Source: Candidatus Saccharimonadota bacterium (GTDB lineage Archaea; Nanohalarchaeota; Nanosalinia; Nanosalinales; Nanosalinaceae). From it: a stretch of DNA of 32,000 bases. Positions 14,770 through 21,794 of this stretch are shown here, one piece after another. Numbering within the stretch: the first letter of the stretch is position 1; every line of letters begins with the position of its first letter. The notes under the pieces were generated by a model, which was not told where the DNA came from, made no database searches, and was given only the letters and a program-made list of their open reading frames with translations. Location of the stretch: NCBI RefSeq assembly GCF_047555085.1, contig NZ_CP180230.1, positions 990,001-1,022,000 of the forward strand, given 5' to 3'. A program made the translations under genes and the position numbers.

Positions 14770-15068
14770 CCTGAAGTCGGCGAGCCTTTCTCAGAAATCC
14801 GGGACCGGTACTTTTCCAGGGCCTCATCCAAGGCCTCTTCAGCATCGATATCCAGTGACTCTGCCACAGCCAGTAGCGAGAAAAATACGTCACCGATCTC
14901 ATCCTTTTTGACATCCAGTTTTTCAGGCCTCTCACCGTATCCCGCAGATTCCGTGGCATCCTTCGCAACTTCCCCAACTTCTGATACAAGATCCAGAATC
15001 CTGAACTCTGCCGTCCCATCCAGTTCATGCTTCTGTATGAACTCAGCTACTTTCTCCTGCTCCTTCAT
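14766..15068 (-). CDS. MazG-like nucleoside triphosphate pyrophosphohydrolase (single-domain)
   Basis: The EVGEVAKD ... DEIGDVFFSLLAVAESLDIDAEEAL blocks are the E-x-x-E / D-x-x-D helices typical of the MazG/all-alpha NTP-PPase fold. The start lies 3 nt after the ribH stop. Confidence 0.8.
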   Translation of the reverse strand: MKEQEKVAEFIQKHELDGTAEFRILDLVSEVGEVAKDATESAGYGERPEKLDVKKDEIGDVFFSLLAVAESLDIDAEEALDEALEKYRSRISEKGSPTSG

Positions 15069-15071
15069 ACT

Positions 15072-15479
15072 TCAGGCCTCCGGCAGATCCTTCACAAGAT
15101 TTACAGCGGCCTCTACAGCTGCAGCACCGTAGTCAGTTCTTTCCGAGGCCTCCTTTGAATTCATCCCGGGGCCTGTTACGCCAAGTGTCACAGGAGTATC
15201 ACGTTCAACACTGATATCTGAAAGCTTGTCGGCTATAGCATCCCCTATCACTTTATCGTGATCAGTATCGCCTTCAATTATCGCTCCAAGGACAGCTACT
15301 GCATCTATTTCTTCTTTTCGAGCTAATCTGTCCGCTGCCAGCGGCGCATCGTATGCTCCCGGAACTAAAACTTTTTCAGCGATTTCTGCATCAAGTTCAT
15401 CTGCTTTTTGCTCGGCCTCTTCTTCCATCTTCTCCGTCACTCCACGATTAAATTTTGCAACTACAAGCCCTAGTTTCAT
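15072..15479 (-). CDS. ribH: 6,7-dimethyl-8-ribityllumazine synthase
   Basis: LGLVVAKFNRGVTEKM, VPGAYDAPLAA, AVAVLGAIIEGDTDHD and TLGVTGPGM align block by block with archaeal lumazine synthases as I recall them. Confidence 0.88.
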   Translation of the reverse strand: MKLGLVVAKFNRGVTEKMEEEAEQKADELDAEIAEKVLVPGAYDAPLAADRLARKEEIDAVAVLGAIIEGDTDHDKVIGDAIADKLSDISVERDTPVTLGVTGPGMNSKEASERTDYGAAAVEAAVNLVKDLPEA

Positions 15480-15508
15480 ACAGAAACTTTTGCCGCTGTA
15501 ATCTTAAA

Positions 15509-16372
15509 TCACGTTTCCAGTATACCCTTCCTGGCCGCGTGGAAAAGATACTCCTGCGCGTATCCGGCATCCTCCCCGAAGTACTCCCGTACATTTTTGG
15601 AAATCTCCTCGTAATCATCGGAAAAAAGTTCAGGATACTGTTCCTCAATCAACTGGGAGGCCCACGTATCTATCGGATAGGCCTCGTAGAATCCGAGCGA
15701 AAACAAAAGTACACAGTCAGCTACTTTGTCTCCGACGCCGTAAAGATTCTTCATCTCCTCACGGGCCTCCTCGTATTCCATACCTCTTACTTCTTCCGGA
15801 TCGAAATCTGTCTCCTGTAAAATCTTCACTGTCTCAACGATGTACTTCGCCCTGTATCCGATCCCGAGATCCCTTAAGTCGTCTTCAGAGGCCTCTGCAA
15901 GTTCCTCCAACGTCGGGAATCTTCTCATCTCGATGCCATCGATCATTCTTGTCTCGCCAAATTTTTCAGCCATCTTGTTATGCATCTCCTTGATCCTTGG
16001 AATCCTCATCTGAGGAGAACAGAGATACGAGATCAGACACGGGAAAAATTCGTCCTGTATAATTCTCAGGCCCCATAGCTCTTCCCTGGCCTTCTCCAGC
16101 TTCCGATCATCTGGAAAAGTGGAGAAAATTTCCTGGAGATCTCTGTCAAGGCCTACAGCCTCTTCAACTTCCTCTCTCGGTAGTTCTGTCCTGGCGACAA
16201 GGCCTTCATCCGTATCTTCGATTATTATCGGCTTGTTTTTTCTGAAAGTATAGAAATGCGGCTCTCCGTCCTCGTAAAGAGTTCCAGCGACACGATGCCA
16301 GCAAAAGGTCTGGCCACACGTCATCGTCAATTCAAGATCAAAATCTTCATCATCAAGAACGTATCTTTCCAC
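15509..16372 (-). CDS. ogg: 8-oxoguanine DNA glycosylase / AP lyase (OGG1-type, HhH-GPD)
   Basis: An OGG_N-like TMTCGQTFCWHR block is present. The HhH-GPD block YGVGDKVADCVLLFSLGFYEAYPIDTW carries the catalytic Lys and Asp. GTG start. Confidence 0.85.
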   Translation of the reverse strand: MERYVLDDEDFDLELTMTCGQTFCWHRVAGTLYEDGEPHFYTFRKNKPIIIEDTDEGLVARTELPREEVEEAVGLDRDLQEIFSTFPDDRKLEKAREELWGLRIIQDEFFPCLISYLCSPQMRIPRIKEMHNKMAEKFGETRMIDGIEMRRFPTLEELAEASEDDLRDLGIGYRAKYIVETVKILQETDFDPEEVRGMEYEEAREEMKNLYGVGDKVADCVLLFSLGFYEAYPIDTWASQLIEEQYPELFSDDYEEISKNVREYFGEDAGYAQEYLFHAARKGILET

Positions 16373-16412
16373 AGAAAACAGTTGGAACAGGAAACTATTT
16401 TTACCTGAGGCC

Positions 16413-17105
16413 TCAGGAAGATTTCCTTGAAGTCACGTGGAGGCCTCTCTTTCCTGTCCTGTAGATGTACTGTATCTCAGATACTGTTAGAGGCCTGTTG
16501 TACAGTCTTATTTCACTGAGTTCTCCGCTGTAGTATGCTGTGGTCTCGTTTGTCGTCGAATCATTGGACTGAGCCATTCTTCCGAACTGTAGGTTGCCGC
16601 CGGTATCATGGTTCTGGGCGTTCCAGTTCCATGTATCAACTAGTTCTCCGTCAACGAAAGCTCTGGCCGTTGAACCGGAATCGTTGAAAGTGGCTGCGAT
16701 GTGATGTAATTCTCCGTCGTTCACAGTTATCGTGCTTACTGTGTGTTCATAGGTCGAGTCGCCGTTCATAAATCGTAGATAACCATTGCCATCCCTGTTG
16801 ACCTCCGCTTCGTACACCGGCTGCCAGTCGTTGACAGGATTTTTCCTGATAAAACCTCCTCTACCGGAAGTCGAAGTTCTGATCCAGAAAGACATTGTCA
16901 GCTCTCTTCCTTCAAGAGAAAGCTCTGGAGAGTCAGACACCTCAACGAAATCGTCCGATCCATCAAAGCTGTATGCGTTCTGGCCGTGGAGGCCTGAAGC
17001 CGTTCTCGTAATACCTCCGTTCAAAGTGCCATGATTCTCATTAGATGAAAAATCCTTTGCGTCCCCGGAGCCCTCATTTAGAGGCCAGTATCCAACTAAC
17101 ACCAT
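16413..17105 (-). CDS. LamG / concanavalin-A-like lectin-fold protein without an obvious signal peptide
   Basis: LVGYWPLNEGSGDAKDFSSNENHGTLNG...YSFDGSDDFVEV...SFWI...HHIAATF...FVDGELV...SEIRLYNRPLTVSEI is the classic Laminin_G_3 pattern. Confidence 0.8.
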   Translation of the reverse strand: MVLVGYWPLNEGSGDAKDFSSNENHGTLNGGITRTASGLHGQNAYSFDGSDDFVEVSDSPELSLEGRELTMSFWIRTSTSGRGGFIRKNPVNDWQPVYEAEVNRDGNGYLRFMNGDSTYEHTVSTITVNDGELHHIAATFNDSGSTARAFVDGELVDTWNWNAQNHDTGGNLQFGRMAQSNDSTTNETTAYYSGELSEIRLYNRPLTVSEIQYIYRTGKRGLHVTSRKSS

Positions 17106-17141
17106 ATCAACGGAATCGCAGAATATTTTTCATAGAGGTTT

Positions 17142-19067
17142 TCACGTCACGTTTATGACTATACTATCGTTTTCAGGCCTGAACTTTGCGCCTTCCTTTA
17201 TAGTCACTTTTTCAGCTGTTATAGTGAATCCTCCTGTCCACAGGCCTGAAATTGCGGATTTATTGAATATGTTAAGTTGTGCAGGAGCTGATAAAGCACC
17301 TACATCAGCTTTTTGCTTCGCCTGGAAGATTTCCTGTATTGAAAAGCTCTTGTCTGAAATCTGTTTTGAACTGTTCAAAATACATTCATTTCTTGGGCCT
17401 CTCAAGTCGCATAAACTGGAGACAACGGTTGAAAATTCCCAGTAAGGTGACTGGATGCTGGAGAAGCCGTCTGTAACTTCTACATACCAGTAGTATGTTT
17501 CATTTGTTTCAAAATCAGCGTAGTTTACTTCAGGCCTTGTGTCAGATTCAACATTTGTCTTGCTTCCAAGAGAGTATGTTTCTGGCTTTTTTTCGCATAA
17601 AACTGTCTGTTCTGCGGAGTTGCTGCACTGGTAGTCGTTCCATTTACCTCCCGAGTACATCTCTGCACAGTCTTCACCGTTCTGATTGTTAGGTTCGTTG
17701 CTGCCCCAGTTCACGTAGCTTGAGGAGCCGTTCTCCCATTCAAAGTTTCCTTCTGATGCTCTGTCATTGTATCCTATCCATAGATCTCCGCCGAACTCCT
17801 GATTTATCGCATCATTTTCCTCGGCATCGTTGATAGTTACGATATGGCCTCCCTGAGCTTTGCAGTAGTCTACTCCATTTGTCCAGCTCTGAGTTGATTC
17901 GCTTTCATTATAGCAGACTTCATCTATACGCGTCCAGCCGGAAGGACAGTCTCCAAGCGCCTTGAAACTTACATTCAGCTGTTCTCCATCCGGATCCGAG
18001 ACGTTAACCGAGAAATCTACAGGCATAGAAAGATTTTCTGCCCCGTCCTGAGGACCTGGATCAAAAACGTCAGGAACGCCAATAGTTATACTTGGTTCCG
18101 GTTCCGCCCTGTCAACACTGTATCTAAGGCCTGAACTGCCGGATGAAATCCTCCACTGGCCTCCCCATCCGCCTGTATCTTCGTTCACCATCATCAGGAC
18201 AAGATTCCTGCCCTGATCCAGCGTAGCTGAGAAAGTACTGTCATCTACGGTGAGGCCTTGATCATCACACTCCTGATGCTCCAGATTCCCATTAATCCAT
18301 ACTTTTCTCGTGTCATCTGAACCTACAGAGAAATCAACAGTACGAGTATCAGGACTCCATATGTAGGCCCCTATAAATCCTTCTGAGCTGGACTGATCGC
18401 TGCCCCATACAGTATCGAAGTCAACCTGGTACTGGCTGTAACCTCCGTACACACCGGAATTAGTTGTATCAATCGCTTTCCAGAAACTTCCAGAATCCCA
18501 GTTAGAGCTTCCTAGAGTGGAGGATGCATGAGGCCTGTCTGTTGCAGGATCAAAGTTGGCATCTAGCGTACAATCTACATTTCCTCCTGCCCATTTCATC
18601 CCTATGAACTGGTCTCTCGTGTATCCTCCGGAAGTAAGAGTTCCTGAAGGAACTGTCTGGCTGAAGCTTGTCTTTGAAGATGCCTGCGGATTATCGTAGT
18701 AAACATATACGTTCTCTGTTGCACCTGCACCAATATCCTGCACATTAACTACAAGATCCGTGGAATCAGTGTTACAGCCTGATTTTATCCAGTAGTCAAG
18801 TGATGTGCTGTCATCAGTGTCAACGAACCTGAGATCGCTGCAGTCGTTCTGAAGACTACCTGAATCCACAAGAGTCGCTGTATCTATAGTCATCCTCACC
18901 GGATAGTTGGAAAGTGTTCTCCCAGAGTTCTCTGTAATCTCTATTGTTTTCCTGTCGTTCCAGCTATCATTCCACCAGGAAGCAGATAGAGGCAGAACTA
19001 GAAGTAGTAAAATCATAACCAAGAATATTCTCGGGAATTTCTGCAGTATTTTCCGGCTGTACGACAT
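17142..19067 (-). CDS. secreted multi-lectin protein: signal peptide, DUF2341, PA14-like domain, Fn3-like domain interrupted by a C-type lectin domain, conserved C-terminal module
   Basis: Residues 31-135 carry the DUF2341 pattern (WWNDSWNDRK...DLRFVD...LDYWI...VYVYYDNP). Residues about 150-320 look like PA14 (FIGAYIWSPDTRTVDFSVGSDDTRKVWINGN...LDQGRNLVLMMVNEDTGGWGGQWRIS). Residues 374-491 are the C-type lectin domain. Residues 552-641 are shared with the 20436 gene. Confidence 0.85.
   Translation of the reverse strand: MSYSRKILQKFPRIFLVMILLLLVLPLSASWWNDSWNDRKTIEITENSGRTLSNYPVRMTIDTATLVDSGSLQNDCSDLRFVDTDDSTSLDYWIKSGCNTDSTDLVVNVQDIGAGATENVYVYYDNPQASSKTSFSQTVPSGTLTSGGYTRDQFIGMKWAGGNVDCTLDANFDPATDRPHASSTLGSSNWDSGSFWKAIDTTNSGVYGGYSQYQVDFDTVWGSDQSSSEGFIGAYIWSPDTRTVDFSVGSDDTRKVWINGNLEHQECDDQGLTVDDSTFSATLDQGRNLVLMMVNEDTGGWGGQWRISSGSSGLRYSVDRAEPEPSITIGVPDVFDPGPQDGAENLSMPVDFSVNVSDPDGEQLNVSFKALGDCPSGWTRIDEVCYNESESTQSWTNGVDYCKAQGGHIVTINDAEENDAINQEFGGDLWIGYNDRASEGNFEWENGSSSYVNWGSNEPNNQNGEDCAEMYSGGKWNDYQCSNSAEQTVLCEKKPETYSLGSKTNVESDTRPEVNYADFETNETYYWYVEVTDGFSSIQSPYWEFSTVVSSLCDLRGPRNECILNSSKQISDKSFSIQEIFQAKQKADVGALSAPAQLNIFNKSAISGLWTGGFTITAEKVTIKEGAKFRPENDSIVINVT
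17145..17414 (-). other. conserved about 90-aa C-terminal module, copy 1
   Basis: LCDLRGPRNECILNSS..IS...F....IF.A...AD...N.S.ISGLW.G.....GA.FRPE...I..NV aligns without gaps to the C-terminus of the 20436 gene, at roughly 40 percent identity by eye. Confidence 0.7.
17595..17948 (-). other. canonical long-form C-type lectin domain (protein residues 374-491)
   Basis: CPSGWTRIDEVC...SWTNGVDYC...HIVTINDAEEN...WIGYND...NEPNN..GEDCAEM...KWNDYQC.....LC. Six Cys sit at the positions of the three CTLD disulfides. The WIG motif, an EPN triplet and a WND triplet are all present. Confidence 0.8.
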
Positions 19068-19068
19068 T

Positions 19069-19248
19069 TTAATCCTTCTTGCTGTATTTCTTGAATCCTG
19101 TCTTTCCTTCCTTCTCCTCTGAGGCCTTGCTTTTAGTCTTCTTGGCCTTTCTTTTGAGATAGCTCCGGCCGCATTTATGGCATTTCACACGCTTCTGGGC
19201 CTTACTTCTCTGGCGGTACCCGCAGTCAGGACACTGGTAGTACACCAT
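19069..19248 (-). CDS. small zinc-ribbon protein with lysine-rich tail (59 aa; below the ORF-track cutoff)
   Basis: My translation of the minus strand is MVYYQCPDCGYRQRSKAQKRVKCHKCGRSYLKRKAKKTKSKASEEKEGKTGFKKYSKKD. It carries a CxxC...CxxC motif. Its TAA stop is separated by 1 nt from the ATG of the multi-lectin gene. Confidence 0.55.
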   Translation of the reverse strand: MVYYQCPDCGYRQRSKAQKRVKCHKCGRSYLKRKAKKTKSKASEEKEGKTGFKKYSKKD

Positions 19249-19339
19249 GTAGAGAGATTTAATTCGGAACTGTAAAAACGTAGCGGTGAGTTACAGGAAA
19301 TCCGAAATATTTTTCCCGGATGCGGAAGAAATACCAGTT

Positions 19340-19618
19340 ATGGACCAGAAAATCAAGAAAGGAGGCCTGATAGGAGTAATATTTGCGTTAATAGCATATG
19401 TGATCGCGCTCCGTAACGGATTCAACCAGTCAACTTTCACACTTTTTCTCTACCTGTATGTAGGCCTTGGCGTAATCGCTTCCCTGGAATTTTCTGATCT
19501 CCAGGCCCGTGGATTTCTGGACAGAATAGTTATAGTGGCAGAGGATGAGGAAAAGAAGCTGAAGAAGCTTTTCAGCGACGAAGAATACAGAATCGACGGC
19601 ACTGTAGAGAAAGTCTAG
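19340..19618 (+). CDS. small two-helix membrane protein
   Basis: The ATG at 19340 (MDQKIKKGGLIGVIFALIAYVIAL...) is preferred over the GTG at 19286. An A/T box at about 19306..19315 lies 25-34 nt upstream. Its stop shares the tetranucleotide CTAG with the convergent gene. Confidence 0.5.
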   Translation: MDQKIKKGGLIGVIFALIAYVIALRNGFNQSTFTLFLYLYVGLGVIASLEFSDLQARGFLDRIVIVAEDEEKKLKKLFSDEEYRIDGTVEKV

Positions 19619-20400
19619 TGACTATCCCTATCGATGACAACACCGTCACTGTCCTCAAGAACTGCTCTATCCGATGTCTCATCCCAGTCAACACCTGTAC
19701 CGTACACATACCCTGAGTCCTCTTCCTCGGAGACATTAAGCGCGTCTTCGGCAGCAGTGTACACGAACAACTGTTCTCCTGGCTCCAGAACAATATTTTC
19801 AAACGTATAGGAATCCGGATCAGAGTTTGTCAACGTCCAGCCATCAAGATCTATCTCCCTGTTCTCATCATTGTCTATAACAGCTCTTTCATCTTCATCG
19901 GAGGCCTTTGAACGTGTTATCCTTACATCGACTTCAGGAGTCATCTCGTTTCTTACTCTGGCTCTGTAATCATCCATACTTTCCTTCATAGACTGCATCC
20001 TGTTTTCAAGAACAGTCCTGTTCGCTCCCTTGAAACGGGAGACAGATAATCCATCTTTCAGGCCTTCGACAAGAGTTCCTGCCGCCATCTCCAGAGTATA
20101 TATTCTTGAAGTATTGTTGACTTTCAGAGTCAAAGTTCCTCGCGGAGTAGAAAGTTTCTCGATCCTCTGGAACGGATTTTCTTTAACAGTATAAAGAGAG
20201 TCGCTTTCCTCTATAGAGGCCTTTGAGAAATCCTCTGCCTCAATATCCACATCGGTCTGGAGATTTGAGGTATCAGAAACCATAGGCGTTGATTCAGAGC
20301 CGAAATCAACGTTTTGAGATGCCGTAGGAAAAGCTAGAAGAGCTGTAAGGATAAAGGCAGATATGATAGCTCCTGTTCTATCCGAAGCCATCTCTAACAT
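19615..20400 (-). CDS. secreted protein with C-terminal lamin-tail domain (LTD)
   Basis: Signal-like N-terminus (AIISAFILTALLAFPTASQ). The C-terminal VIDNDENREIDLDGWTLTNSDPDSYTFENIVLEPGEQLFVYT...WDETSDRAVLEDSDGVVIDRDS fits the LTD pattern. Confidence 0.75.
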   Translation of the reverse strand: MLEMASDRTGAIISAFILTALLAFPTASQNVDFGSESTPMVSDTSNLQTDVDIEAEDFSKASIEESDSLYTVKENPFQRIEKLSTPRGTLTLKVNNTSRIYTLEMAAGTLVEGLKDGLSVSRFKGANRTVLENRMQSMKESMDDYRARVRNEMTPEVDVRITRSKASDEDERAVIDNDENREIDLDGWTLTNSDPDSYTFENIVLEPGEQLFVYTAAEDALNVSEEEDSGYVYGTGVDWDETSDRAVLEDSDGVVIDRDSH

Positions 20401-20435
20401 TAAAACAGAGTTTCCTGATTAAAAATTATTGGCCT

Positions 20436-21728
20436 CTACTCAACTACGTTGAGAGAAATCCTGCCGTCTTCAGGCCTGAAATATGCACCAGAAGTGAGAA
20501 CCAGTTCCCGGGATGAGAGATTGATGCTGCCTCTCCACAGGCCCGAGATCGTGGATCTGTTATCGACATTTATCGCTCCTGAGGCCTCTGTTGAGCTTAT
20601 ATCAGCTGATTCTCTGGCAATAAATATAGAGTTGAATGTGAAGTCTTCCCCTGATATATCTCTTGAACTGTTTATTATGCATTCGTTCACAGGGCCTCTG
20701 GCATCACATATATCCACAGAGGCCTCAGATCCTATCTCTATCTGAGGTTTGCTGGCCACATAGTTTCTTGTTCTCACCCAGTCATAGGATGTGTCCGTGG
20801 TTGTTGGGTCAGAATCCAGTGAGAAATGTCCGAGGCCTATGACAAAGTTTGAATGCTGTGAGGTGAGATCTCCTGTGCACGAGACACGGTTATCATAGTT
20901 TAGAGCTGTCTGGACTTGTGATCCTGTATCAGTTATACTGTAGATGTAGTTTTCTCCAGTAGTGGCTGTGAAAGTGCTGACTCCAGAACAGATATTGTAT
21001 GAAGTTGTATCGCCGTTCCCTGTCCATGTTGAAACTTGTCCAGATGTCTCATCCGTAATGAAAAGTACATTTGCATTGCCGTTGCTGTTGCTTCCTGACA
21101 TAGTGCCGCTGTCAGCTATCATAAGGCCTGAGTGATCTCCAGAGATGCTTGAAGTATATTTTAGCCGGGCCTCTACTACAGTTCCTGGCTGTGAGACTTC
21201 TTCAGTAGCCGAGTGAACGTTTCCTGTAGTTATTTCCAGTCTGCCGTTTGATTCTGTAAGTGCATCGCCGCTGTTGTAGTCAGTCCACTGGTCTGAAAGC
21301 GTACCGTCATTGAAACCGTCGAAAACAGGGAAAGTTGCCTTGCCGTTGCTTCCTGGAGAGGCCTCCGGATTGCCGTAGTATGCGTATATTGTTTTCTCGG
21401 CTCCTGCCTTTAGTTCAGGGAGTTCTACCCATACCGTGGTAGATTCTGTGTTGCAGCCGGATTCTATCCAGTAATCCATGGATGTATCGTTATTTCCTGC
21501 AAACCTCAAATCCTGACACGAGGCCCGCATATTACCGCTGGATATCATTTCAGAAGTATTTAACTCCAGTTTAATCTGGTGATTACTGAGATCCTGTCCT
21601 GAAGTCTCTGTAACTGTGATATTTTTCCTGTAATCCCAGCTGGAATCCCACCACGCTGCAGATACAGGAACGGAAAGCATCAGCACAGCAACCAAGGCAA
21701 AAATCGCTGAAATTTTCCTGTTATTCAT
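20436..21728 (-). CDS. secreted DUF2341 plus ConA/LamG-like lectin-fold protein with conserved C-terminal module
   Basis: The ATG at 21728 (MNNRKISAIFALVAVLMLSVPVSA) is preferred over the GTG at 21755. It has a DUF2341 block (WWDSSWDYRK...DLRFAG...MDYWIESG...IYAYYGNP). A jelly-roll region ends in the typical YDWVRTRNYV. The C-terminal module is paralogous to that of the 17142 gene. Confidence 0.8.
   Translation of the reverse strand: MNNRKISAIFALVAVLMLSVPVSAAWWDSSWDYRKNITVTETSGQDLSNHQIKLELNTSEMISSGNMRASCQDLRFAGNNDTSMDYWIESGCNTESTTVWVELPELKAGAEKTIYAYYGNPEASPGSNGKATFPVFDGFNDGTLSDQWTDYNSGDALTESNGRLEITTGNVHSATEEVSQPGTVVEARLKYTSSISGDHSGLMIADSGTMSGSNSNGNANVLFITDETSGQVSTWTGNGDTTSYNICSGVSTFTATTGENYIYSITDTGSQVQTALNYDNRVSCTGDLTSQHSNFVIGLGHFSLDSDPTTTDTSYDWVRTRNYVASKPQIEIGSEASVDICDARGPVNECIINSSRDISGEDFTFNSIFIARESADISSTEASGAINVDNRSTISGLWRGSINLSSRELVLTSGAYFRPEDGRISLNVVE
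20439..20711 (-). other. conserved about 90-aa C-terminal module, copy 2
   Basis: ICDARGPVNECIINSSRDISGEDFTFNSIFIARESADIS...NRSTISGLWRGS...SGAYFRPEDGRISLNV. See copy 1 at 17145..17414. Confidence 0.7.
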
Positions 21729-21794
21729 GGAACACACGGATATAGAAGAGATCACTACAGCTTAATGATTTTTCCCTATACCTTTGAGACTTCA

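Noticed and set aside
17155-17445. The plus-strand ORF 17155..17445 and its look-alike 20449..20745 encode visibly similar peptides (..HRPEIADLL.. and ..HRPEIVDLL..).
   Set aside because: Both lie antisense to the paralogous C-terminal modules of the two DUF2341 genes. The similarity is a mirror image of that paralogy. The sense-strand proteins have clear domain signatures and the antisense ones have none.
19615-19618. Two convergent genes terminate within the same CTAG tetranucleotide (TAG on both strands).
   Set aside because: This is a by-product of tight gene packing. No functional implication can be supported.
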